From Reclinomonas americana ATCC 50394 (Eukaryota), in the NCBI GenBank assembly GCA_048213135.1, contig PS015077.1:114917-157591 (forward strand): a stretch of DNA of 42,675 bases. Reading direction: 5' to 3'. This document shows positions 23,501 to 35,656 of this stretch, in pieces; the stretch's first letter is position 1, and each line of letters starts with the position of its first letter. The translations under genes and the position numbers were made by a program. The notes beneath the pieces are model-generated. The model saw only the letters and a program-made list of their open reading frames with translations. It ran no database searches and was not told the DNA's origin.

Positions 23501-26500
23501 TCACTGGGACACCGGCATCGACCTCGGCGGCTCTGTCGGTGACGCTGTCACAGAGCATCACGCTGAAGGTGAGTTCTTGAGACACTTGATTGTCCACTTG
23601 CGTTCGCTGACGTGGTGTCACCTCTGTACAGTTGTGCGTGCAACAAGGCAGTGCAGTGTGGATCGACTCGACGTTCTCGATCACATCCACGATTAGTTGC
23701 GTGACTTATCGATTGATGGTGCACAAACGAGTGGTCAGTGTGTGTACTGACAGCCATTGTGCTTTGTGCAACACAGTGACTGTGACGAATGTTACCCCGA
23801 CATCGATCATTGGCAACAATGCGACGGCTGTGAACTTGACTGGCACGACGCTGGACCAGCTGACAGCTGTGCGATTGGTGGCGAGCAACGGCACGTGCGC
23901 CGGCACGCCTACCAACGATGCTGCTGTGGCAAATTTGTCGATCACTGGCACACCGGCGTCGACGTCGGCGGCACTGTCCGTGACGCTGTCACAGAGCATC
24001 ACACTGAAGGTAAGTTTGGAAATGGTACTTTTTTTGTTCATTTGCGTCAATTCTGACGTCGTGTCCCCTATGTGCAGTTGTGCGTGCAACAAGGTAGCGC
24101 AGTGTGGATCGACTCGACGTTCTCGATCACATCCACGATCAGTTGCGTGGTTTATTGTTTGATGGAAGCAAGTGGTCGGTGTACTGACAGCTGCTGTGTG
24201 ACTTGTGCGACACAGTGACTGTGACAAATGTTACCCCGACATCGATTATCGGCAACAATGCGACTGCCGTGAACTTGACTGGCACGACGCTGGATCAGCT
24301 GACAGCTGTGCGATTGGTGGCAAGCAACGGCACATGTGCTGGCTCGCCGACCAACCATGCTGCTGTAGCAAATCTGTCGATCACTGGCACACCGGCGTCG
24401 ACCTCGGCGGCACTGTCGGTGACACTGTCACAAAGTATTACGTTGAAGGTGAGTTCTTGAGGCACTTGCTTGGTCACTTGCATTCATACTGACACCGTGT
24501 CTTCTCTGTGCAGTTGTGCGTGCAACAAGGTAGCGCGGTGTGGATCGACTCGACATTCTCGATTACATCCACAATCAGTTGCGTGGCTGATTGTTTGATG
24601 GTGCAGAAACAATTGGTCAGTGTGTGTACTGACAGCTGCTGTGTGCTTCGTGCAACACAGTGACCGTGACAAATGTTACCCCGACATCGATTATCGGCAA
24701 CAATGCGACTGCCGTGAACTTGACTGGCACGACGCTGGATCAGCTGACGGCTGTGCGATTGGTGGCAAGCAACGGCACGTGTGCTGGCTCGCCGACTAAT
24801 CATGCTGCTGTGACGAATGCGTCGATTACTGGCACGCCGGCATCGACCTCGGCGGCACTGTCGGTGACACTGTCACAGAGCATCACGCTGAAGGTGACTT
24901 GAATGGTACTCGTATTGTTCATTGCGTCAATTCTAACGTGATGTCTCCTCTGTGCAGTTGTGCGTGCAACAAGGTAGCGCGGTGTGGATCGACTCGACGT
25001 TCTCGATCACATCGACGATCAGTTGCGTGGCTGATCGTTTGATGGTGCAGAAGCAAGTGGTCGGTGTACTGACAGCTGCTGTGTGACTTGTGCGACACAG
25101 TGACTGTGACAAATGTTACCCCGACATCGATTATCGGCAACAATGCGACTGCCGTGAACTTGACTGGCACGACGCTGGATCAGCTGACGGCTGTGCGATT
25201 GGTGGCAAGCAACGGCACGTGTGCTGGCTCGCCCACCAACGATGCTGCTGTGACGAATGCGTCGATCACTGGCACACCGGCATCGACCTCGGCGGCACTG
25301 TCGGTAACGCTGTCACAGAGCATCACACTGAAGGTGTGTTCTTGAGATACCTTTGATTCTTATGTGCATGATTGTTGACGTGGTGTCTCCTCTGTGCAGT
25401 TGTGCGTGCAACAAGGCAGTGCAGTGTGGATCGACTCGACATTCTCGATCACATCGACGATCAGTTACGTGACTTATCGATTGATGATGCAGAAACAAGT
25501 GGTCGGTGTGTGTACTGACAGCTGTTGCGTTTTTTGTGCGACACAGTGACTGTGACGAACGTGACTCCCACATCGATTATCGGTAACAACGCGACGGCTG
25601 TGAATCTGACCGGCACGACGCTGGACCAGCTGACAGCTGTGCGATTGGTGGCAAGCAACGGCACATGTGCTGGCTCGCCGACCAACCACGCTGCTGTGAC
25701 GAATGCGTCAATCACTGGCACACCGGCGTCGACGTCGGCGGCACTGTCGGTGACGCTGTCACAGAGCATCACACTGAAGGTGTGTTCTTAAGGCACTTGC
25801 TTGTGCACTTGCGTCAATTCTAACGTGATGTCTCCTCTGTGCAGTTGTGCGTGCAACAAGGTAGCGCGGTGTGGATCGACTCGACGTTCTCGATCACATC
25901 GACAATCAGTTGCGTGGCTGATTGTTTGATGGTGCAGAAGCAAGTGGTCGGTGTACTGACAGCTGCTTTGTGATTTGTGCAACACAGTGACTGTGACGAA
26001 CGTGACTCCCACATCGATCATTGGCAACAATGCAACGGCTGTGAACTTGACTGGCACGACGCTGGACCAGCTGACAGCTGTGCGATTGGTGGCGAGCAAC
26101 GGCACATGCGCTGGCTCGCCGACTAATCATGCTGCTGTGACGAATGCGTCGATTACTGGCACGCCGGCATCGACCTCGGCGGCACTGTCGGTGACACTGT
26201 CACAGAGCATCACGCTGAAGGTGACTTGAGTGGTACTCGTATTGTTCATTTGCGTCAATTCTAACGTGATGTCTTCTGTGCGTAGTTGTGCGTGCAACAA
26301 GGAAGTGCAGTGTGGATCGACTCGACATTTTCGATCACATCCACAATCAGTTGCGTGACTTATCGATTGATGGTGCAGAAACAATTGGTCAGTGTGTGTA
26401 CTGACAGCTGCTTTGTGCTTCGTGCAACACAGTGACCGTGACAAATGTTACCCCGACATCGATTATCGGCAACAATGCAACGGCTGTGAACTTGACCGGC

Positions 26501-29500
26501 ACCACGCTGGACCAGCTGACAGCTGTGCGATTGGTGGCGAGCAACGGCACATGTGCTGGCTCGCCCACCAACCACGCTGCTGTGACGAACGCGTCAATCA
26601 CCGGCACACCGGCATCGACCTCAGCTGCGCTGTCCGTGACTCTGTCACAGAGCATCACACTGAAGGTGAGTTCTTAAGGCACTTTCTTTGTGCACTTACG
26701 TCCATGCTGACGTGATGCCTCCTCTGTGCAGTTGTGCGTGCAACAAGGCAGTGCTGTGTGGATCGACTCGACGTTCTCGATCACGTCCACAATCAGTTAC
26801 GCGGATGGTGCAGAAGCAATTGGCTGTTTGTGTACTGACGGCGGTTTTTTTTTGTATAACACAGTGACTGTGACAAACGTGACCCCGACATCGATCATTG
26901 GCAACAATGCGACTGCCGTGAACTTGACCGGCACGACGCTGGACCAGCTGACGGCTGTGCGATTGGTGGCGAGCAACGGCACATGTGCTGGCTCGCCGAC
27001 CAACCACGCTGCTGTGACGAATGCGTCGATCACTGGCACACCGGCATCGACCTCGGCGGCACTGTCCGTGACTCTGTCACAGAGCATCACACTGAAGGTG
27101 AGTCCAGAGACATATTTGATTGTGCACTTGCGTCAGTTCTGATGTGGTGTCTCCTCTGTGCAGTTGTGCGTGCAACAAGACAGTGCAGTGTGGATCGATT
27201 CTACGTTCTCGATTACCGCAGCAATTCGTGCGTTGCACCTATTGCCTTGCAACAGCGCTGCGCTTGTCACTCATGCCATTGCCTTGCCGCGCAGTGACGG
27301 TGACGAATGTGGCGCCGGCTTCGATTACGGCCAACAGCGCAACGGCTGTGAATCTGACAGGAACGACGCTGGATCAGTTGACGGCTGTGCGATTGGTTGC
27401 CAACAATGGCTCGTGTGCTGGCACGCCGACCAACCACGCTGCTGTGGCAAATCTGTCCATCACTGGCACACCGGCGGCGACCTCGGCTGCGCTGTCCGTG
27501 ACCATCTCACAAAGCATTACGCTAAAGGTGAACTGCGAAGACACAGGTTGATTTTTGTGCCCAATTGCTGATGATGTGTTTCCGCTGTACAGCTGTGTGT
27601 GCAGCAGGCCAGCACTGTGTGGATTGACTCCGGGTCGACTATCAGCGCTGCTGCTCGTTGAGTACTTGGGTATTGTCTGAGCGTGCCATTCCGCGTCTGC
27701 TTTGCGCTCACGAGGTTTTGCTGCACATTGCACAGTCACCGTGACCAATGCGAATCCGTCGGCACTGATCGGCAACAATACCACGACGGTTAATCTGACT
27801 GGCACGTCGCTAGATCAGCTTACTGGTGTCAAACTGGTGGCCACTGGCGGCATGTGTACGGGCTCGCCGACAAATGACGCATCTGTGGCGACACTGACAA
27901 TCGTGGGAACGCCGACGGGAACAATGGCCGCGTTGTCTGTGAAGATAACACAGAGCGTGACGTTGAAGGTACGGAAAGACAAGTCCGACCATCGACAATT
28001 GGTTGCTGACTCTTGTGCGTACGTACAGTTGTGCTTTGAGCAGAGCAGCTCATTGTGGCTTGATTCTGGGCTGACGATTAGCGCTGCCATTTGTTGCGTA
28101 GTCGCCTGTTGTTCTACGGCGCGTAGTGATCGCCATTTCTGACCTGTGTTGTGATCGACAGTGACCGTGACAAATGCGTCTCCGTCGACGGTGGTTCCGG
28201 GCATGGTGATCACGAATACAGTGAATCTGACCGGCACAGTGTTGGATCAGTTGACCGCCGTGAGGCTTGTGGCTTCCAATGGGAGCTGCGCGGCTACACC
28301 GACGAACGATGCTTCTGTGGCCGCCCTTGCAATCAATGGAACACCGACAGCCGGTGCTGCAGTGCTGACAATGTCGATTCTCCAGAACATCACGCTGAAG
28401 GTCCGTAACTTGTCTTCTCTGTCTTCGTAATGCGGTGCATCGTGCTCACTGCGGTGCACTACAATGCAGCTGTGTGTGCAACAAGGAAGTGCGGTGTGGA
28501 TTGACTCCGGTCGCACAATTACCGCGGCTACCAGTTGCGTTCGGGACGGAACGAGAAATATAGCACCAGACGCGAGCGTGTGTTGCTCATGCCGTGTTCT
28601 TTTTTGTTTGCGTAGTGACGGTGACCAACGTGACACCGTCGTCTGTGGTCGGCAACAACACCACGGCCGTCAACCTCACCGGCACGATTCTGGATCAGTT
28701 GACGGCAGTGCGGTTGGTGGCCAACAATGGTAGCTGTGCAGGCACGCCAACCAACCACGCGTCTGTGACGACGGCGACGATCACTGGCACGCCGACAGCC
28801 GGCGCGGCCGCTCTGTCGGTGCTGATTACGCAAACCGTGACGCTCAAGGTACTACACGGCTCTATTGGGGCGTTGCTTAATTGGAGTCGACAGCTCACTC
28901 ACATGTTCTCGCGCATCGTGCAGCTCTGTGTGCAGCAGGCAAGTCTGCTGTGGATTGATTCGGGATCGACGATTGCGTCGCTGATTTGTTGCGTGCGCTT
29001 CATGACGGCCGTGCTATTTTGCGGTGTACCTCACACCGTTGGCACTGTTGCGCGCAGTGACCGTCACCAACGTGGCACCATCGACTGTGGTGACCGGCAT
29101 GACGGTGGCGAATGCCGTCAATCTGACTGGCACTACGCTCGATCAGCTCACTAATGTGCGGCTTGTGGCCAACAATGGCACATGCACTGGATCGCCGACC
29201 AATCACGCGTCGGTGGCGGCGCTGACCATCACTGGCACGCCGGCATCCACTGCAGCTGTGTTGTCTGTGTCCATTTCGCAGGACATCACGCTGAAGGTTT
29301 ATCTGTCGCCCGTATCTCTGTTGGCTCTGTGTACGCCGCTTCATCTTTCTGACCCCATCACAAAATTTTTCGTGCAGTTGTGTGTACAACAAGGCAGTGC
29401 GGTGTGGATCGATTCGACGTTTACGATTACCGCGGCAACCAGTTGCGTGACATTCACCCATATTATGTGTATGTGTGGGTTTCGGAGAAACTCACCCGAT

Positions 29501-31774
29501 CGTTACTGTGCAGTGACCGTGACGAATGTCAATCCGACGGCGGTTGTCGGGAATGTGACGACCACGGTGAACCTTACGGGCACCATTCTGGACCAATTGA
29601 CGGCCGTACGACTGGTGGCGAACAATGGCACCTGTGCAGGCACTCCTACCAACCATGCCGCTGTGGGCACTCTGTCGATCAACGGAGTGCCGACGGCAGC
29701 AGCTGCGGTTCTGTCCGTGTCCATCACGCAGACCGTGACCCTGAAGGTGTGTTTACTAAGCCCCCTCACGCCATCGCGGGTCTCTGTGCTGTTACTGAAG
29801 TTCGCAAATCGCAGTTGTGCGTGCAACAAGCGAGTCTCGTTTGGTACGACTCAGGATTCGCCATTGCATCCACCATCAGTTGAGTTCCTTCAAAATGCGC
29901 TTTCTCCATCTTTTTTGTCAACTCATCGTTCGTTGACCGCGAACAGTGACGGTCACGGCCGTGACGCCAACGTCGCTGGTCGCCAGCATGGCGTTCGCCA
30001 ACACGGTGAATCTGACCGGCACAGCGCTGGATCAGCTCAGCGGAGTGCGGCTGGTTGCCAACAATGGCAGCTGCTCGGGAACACCGACAAACGACGCCTC
30101 CGTCGGAAACGTGACAGTGGCGGCAATGAAGACAGCCACCAGCGCGTCGTTCACTACGATTGTGACGGCGGCCGGTACGCTCAAGGTACACTATCGATCC
30201 TACAGTGCCCGTTTCGCGCTCGCAGTGCTAACTTTTGTGTGCGCGCGCAGGTGTGTGTGCAACAAAATAGCGTCATCTGGCTGGATTCGGGCTTTACTGT
30301 CACTGCGGCGCTGAGTTGCGTTTTTCCGACCGGTCCGCCATGGCTGTTGCATTTGGCACTTATTATTGTCGTTCTCTCCGACTAGTGACGCTGACCACTG
30401 TGGCACCGAACTCGCTGACTGCGGGCTCGACGACTGCCGTCAATCTGACGGGAACTGCACTGGACACGATGAGTGCGGTGAAGCTGGTGGCCAGCAACGG
30501 CGTGTGCGGCACGTCGGCCACTGACGCAGCTGTGACCACACTGACCATCACCTCCAAGGCATCGACAACGGCCGCTCTGTCCGTGTCTGTGTCGCAAGCC
30601 GGCACTTACAAGGTATTGTCGGTGTTAAGCGGCTTTGCGTGTCTCGCTTGATCCTTCATCTCACCCACTGGTGTTGTGCAGTTGTGCTTGGAGCAACTGG
30701 GCGTGCAGTGGTGGGACTTTAGCAAGAACATCACTGTGCAAGCAGGTACCTCGTCAAGCAATGTGCTGTCATTCTCGAGTGCTGTTTCACTGACGCATCG
30801 ATGCGTTCCGCATCGCAGCTACTATCGGTGTGGCCAACGTGACACCGAGCACCATTGTGGCCAGTCCAAGTAACGATTCGGTGCCGACCACCGTCAATCT
30901 CACGGGCGAGAACCTCGATCGCCTGGCTGACATTGCGCTGACCGCGGGTGTGTGCACTGGTACGCCAACCAATGACGCATCGGTGAATTCGGCCACCATC
31001 ACCTCCAACTCGGCAATGGCGGCTGCCTTGTCCGTGTCGATCTCTCAAAGCATCACCTTGAAGGTGGGTCTCCCAACTCGTAGTTTCGACCCTTGTCACT
31101 TTCCACTCATTGTACGTTTTTTTGTTGCAGTTGTGCGTCAAGGCAAACACGAATGTGTGGGCCGACTCTGGGGCCACCATCACTGCCGCCCTTCGTTGCG
31201 TACGACGCATATTGTTGAAAGTAGCAGAGAGTATGCCAGCGAAACTCATGGCTCCATACTCCTTTCTCTCTCTCTCTCCCCACTTGTGTAGCCACTCTGA
31301 CGAGCGTGACACCGAATTCCGTGAATGCGCTGGCGGCTCCTGGAAACACCATGCCCAAGACCACGCTGACGTGGACGGGTACCAATTTGATGGCCGGCAA
31401 CACATTGCGCATTGTGCTGTACTCGTCGGCTTGCACGGGCTCCACCGGTACGGCCACTGGTGTGACGCTGACCAACTATGCCACACCGAATGGCACCACG
31501 CACACTGTGGACATGACATCGTCGGTCAGTGGATCCGTGCACACGCCNNNNNNNNNNNNNNNNNNNNNNNNNNNNNNNNNNNNNNNNNNNNNNNNNNNNN
31601 NNNNNNNNNNNNNNNNNNNNNNNNNNNNNNNNNNNNNNNNNNNNNNNNNNNNNNNNNNNNNNNNNNNNNNNNNNNNNNNNNNNNNNNNNNNNNNNNNNNN
31701 NNNNNNNNNNNACATCGTCGGTCAGTGGAGTCCGTGCACACGCCGCAATGAGCTGAAGCACGTTTGTTTCTACA

Positions 31775-31819
<45 letters not shown>

Positions 31820-34800
31820 CTCGCAGGTTGGTGGCCGGTACCGTGCTTGCATTCTGTTTGCGAATCGCACCAAGTATGTGCAAGCCGGCGCCGACACGCC
31901 CATTTTGGTCATCGGTGTGTTGGTAGCGGCAGTTCTATTCATGTAAAGTGCGCTCTCTTGACGATTGCGTGCTATATTGTGCGACAGGTTCTGTGACTAG
32001 CATCGCGTCGCCGGCCACACCAGTGTACTTTACTGTCGGCACGACAGGATCGCTGGTCCTGGCTGGCTACGCGCTCACATCCGACGATGCGTTTTCGATC
32101 TCGCAGTCGGCTGCCATGTGCGGCGCCAACGCCGCAGCCATCACCATGACTGCACCGTCGGCAGGGCGCACCGCGTCGCAAGTGCCGCTGACACTGAGCT
32201 CCACGGCCAGTGGCTCATTCAAGGTGTGCGTGTCGTACAACGGCACGGTGGCATCGGCACAGGCTGTGAACGATCTCGTTCGCTTCCGCGGTGCGTTGGC
32301 GTCCACTCTGCATGCATGCAGCTGGACGCATCTCTCACTCTCTCCCATATGATATGCTTGCAGGTGCGCTGATTTCGTCGTCGCCCACTGGCATTCAGAC
32401 GAATGTCACGTCCAATGTGAGCATCACCGGCAACGGTCTCAACGCCGGTTCGGTGGTGAAGGCCGTCGGTTCCACCCAAGACTGCTCGGCGAACCAGGCC
32501 GCCACCACCACCATCTCGCCTGTCACGTTGACTGGAACGAGCACGCTCCAGTTCACTGTCCTGTCGACGTTGAGTACGGCATTGTGAATGTGCTATGCCG
32601 TTCTACGCCATTGCTGCGGCTCATTGCTTGTGTACAGGGTCAAGGCGGTGTTGAAACTGTGTGTGCGACAGTTTGCGGATGATGCATATTTGCCGGTGCC
32701 GAATGGCACGCTGGCAATCAACAGTTGCGTGGCGTGGTGTCGGTGAGCATGGTTGCTGGCTCGCAGAGTACTCATGCAGCAGTGCATTGCAGCGTTCGCC
32801 ACGAGCGGCCCGGCCAGCGTGACTGTGCAGAACGCAACACCGTTTGGTTTCGAGGTGGTGTGGCAGCCGTGCCCCGACGACGTCGACAACTTGGTGTCGG
32901 GCTACCAGATCGATATGCGCGGTAACGATGGTCAGACATATTCGTTCCCGCCAACCACAGTGGGAATTCCGTGGCAGGACTTTGACAAGCGTGACAAGCT
33001 TCTGTACAAGTTCTTGACGTTGCCGCCGGACACCACTGTTGCGTGTATGAGGGGAAAATGCGAAAGGACAAGGGTGGCATTGTGCTCAATGATAGTAATA
33101 CATGTATGCAGTACTCGGAGATTCGAGTGACGGCCTACTCGGGCACCGTCAACAGCGGCTCGAGGTTGTCGGACCCCTCTACCATCCGCACACTTGCTGC
33201 TCGTGCGTGGCGTGTGCTTTTTTGTTGCTGTTGAGTGTTGTTGTCGCTGACTCGAAGAATCGTGATCGTTTGCAGCTCCTGGTGAACCGCAGTCGCTGGT
33301 CGGCTCGGGATTTACAGTGGACGATGTTGGCTCGATTCGATGGACGTGGCAGCCGCCGGTGATTCCCGGTTCTCTCCAGCCGTCGTACGCGTACTACCTG
33401 CAGTACCGACTGCAAGGGTCGACCACGTGGTCTCGTCGAGTTCCGGAGACGGGTTCGATCACGGATCTGACGGTGACCACTGGCAGCCTCACGCCAGGTG
33501 CGTAACGCGAGAATTCTCGCCTCCATTATCACCTGTGGTACACACTTACTCACTGCTCCACTCGGGTGCAGGCCTCACGTACGAAGCTCGAGTGTTTGCG
33601 ACCAACAACAGATATGACGGATTCGGTCCGGCATCTGACGTTGCAGCGGCCACACCTCGTTGCGTTCGACAGTTTCCTTGCTTGGCAGTTGTGGTCTGTG
33701 CTCACGGACGACGGTCGCTGTTCGTACCACAGCGCCCGCAACCATCCCTGCGCGCCCTGTTAATTTTGCGGTGCTTGACAATGGCGGCACCATCCAATTC
33801 TTCTGGATTCAGCGCAATAATGGCGTGCCGCTGACCCGCTCCGTGATCACATGCACTGGGTTTGTTGGCGCTGTCTCCTGCTCTGGCTGGTTGTGCTGCT
33901 GCTATTGCCTGTTTCGTTGACTCGTGTGAGTGTCACTACAGCACCCCAAGCACGGAAATGTGGACTGTCGGCGTGCAGGCACCGCTGACGACGTACACCG
34001 TGACGGAGAGCGATGTTCTGAACCAGTTTTCGGACCCAAGTGCGCCGATTTCGTGCACGGTGACCGCTGTTGCCGATGGCAGTGGCTTGACGGCTACGGG
34101 CACGGCTGTGCCGCTCACGCGTTCGCTGCTGGCCGATCATATCGGTGAGCAAACATTGTGTTGCATGACTGTCCATTGGAGGAGGATGTGCACTCACACC
34201 ATGCGCGGGGGCGGTACACGCAGGTGTGATGCGCATGAAGGTGGAGAATCCGTCGGACATCACCGGTGCCGGAGATGCGGACGCACAGACGCCGACACTG
34301 ACGGTCACCACGCGCTCCGGATTCGCGGTGACGTGGAACTTTAGCCCGACCACCTTCTGCATGACGTCGAGTACGGTGGTGACAGTCGACGCCTCCAATC
34401 AGGCGATTCCACTTTCGATCCGCACGGTTACGTCTTGTCAGTGTGCGCACATTGCCGAGAACTTGCTCTTCTCACGTGTCTGCGTGAATATCTGCAGCTG
34501 TCGGCCTTTGTCGATGGTTTCGTGGTCACGACAGACAATGCTTGCACGATGCCACAGCGGGATACGCTGCGAACAGACAACCAGTGGCTGACCTCTGGCG
34601 GCGTAACCATCAACATTCCGTCCACGGTTGCGTGCCTGACCGGTGGTGAAGCCTGACGGACGGCTTCTGCTTTTTCCTCACCTCCTTTGTTGTGTGTCTT
34701 GCAGGTTGGTGACGTCGATCCACATCTCTTTAAGTACGACCCGGTCACTGGACAGCTGTCGGTCTCCGAGACCGCATGCGGCGGACTGCAAACGTACAAT

Positions 34801-35570
34801 CGTGCCAATGGCGATTTGACTGCTGTTGGATGTGCCGATGGCACGTACGCCATTGTCCGCAGCTTTGATCCAGGTGCGTGTGAAGCTGTGCTGGGCGACG
34901 ACGAGCATGTAGGAGAGATGCTCACTGCGTTTCTCGTTCTGTGTGCGTGTGTGTGCGTGCTTGTGCCTGCAGTGGTGGTTGTGAAGCCTGCCGTGTCGGA
35001 CAAGTGCGCTTGCGAGTGGTACTGCATTTTGTTGATTGTTGTGGGATGCGGCGTCGTGGCCTTTGCCTTGTATGCCGGCCTGCGTTGGTTCCTCCTGCAG
35101 CCGTCGGGAGCCAAGGGAGCGCCTCCGGCGCTCTCTGCGTATGGCGCTGGCGCCTTGGTTTGTCGATCGATCGGGGGTGCTCATTTTTGTTGCTGTTCTT
35201 GTGTTCTCACGTTGGTTGTTTTCTTTTCGGCAGACCACGGTCGATGTGCACGACGCTGAGGTTGCGGTGCGTTATCAGTATTGTTGTCGTTGTCGTGCAT
35301 GTTCCTTTGACGACTTACATTTGATGATTGCAGAGCCCTGTTGCTCGACGATCTGGGCTGATCGATTTGAGAACTCTGTCGCCCACCAAGTTGCGTCAGC
35401 CACCACCACTGTCTCCATGTTGGCGACGCAGCTTTCTTACCTGCCTCTTCTCCTCGCAGTCGTGCTTCGTTGCTGGCTGAGGGGTAAGTGATGCAATCAT
35501 TTATTCGAGCTACGTTGAGCCTAACTTACCCTCGTTCCGCAGCTCAACGTCGCCAGTAAACTCGCCGTAA
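16723..35570 (+). CDS. Giant single-pass membrane protein: signal peptide, S8 subtilase-like domain (KP-43/Dictyostelium Tag type, catalytically dead) with C-terminal beta domain, cadherin-like domain, ~19-22 IPT/TIG-like repeats, ~3 FN3 domains, TM helix, short S/P-rich tail
   Basis: Signal MRHAYLVAIAAALVLVIAPLCVA. S8 motifs GKNQRIGMNVSGVDYFNCFFHD, NHRKI, NGTHMAGTISG, KNSLTVGA, VVAPG, AVAGVAALLREY, PASLMRALLINS, FGYGLVKL, LNDLNL, RNLEERV. FN3 motifs VVWQP..GYQI and WTWQPP..YEARVFA. TM WYCILLIVVGCGVVAFALYAGL at ~35017-35085. Stop TAA at 35568-35570. Confidence 0.8.
22872..31194 (+). repeat. Intragenic array of 19 clear ~430-460 bp units (2 exons + 2 introns, ~99 aa each); about 3 more diverged units follow to ~32720
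   Basis: Example: exon 23336-23568 (233 nt) + exon 23632-23695 (64 nt) = 297 nt, encoding TVTNVTPTSIIGNNATAVNLTGT.LDQLTAVRLVASNGTC...SITLK/LCVQQGSAVWIDSTFSITSTI. Confidence 0.95.
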
Positions 35571-35656
35571 GGCCCGCCAGACAATGAAGAATGTACACTT
35601 GTTTTCATCAACAAAGTCCAGCGTCCTTCGTTTTCGTGTGTCCTGAATCGTCGTCG

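Noticed and set aside
23262-31200. GC-AG, GA-AG or TT-start non-canonical introns in the repeat array
   Set aside because: The base after GTT varies (G/A) while GT is constant, and the GT cut keeps frame and matches MEMO1 conservation. These are GT-AG introns with a shifted motif.
31515-31745. Direct repeat flanking the N gap (possible TSD or LTR)
   Set aside because: The same ~33 nt on both gap edges is a typical unmerged contig overlap.
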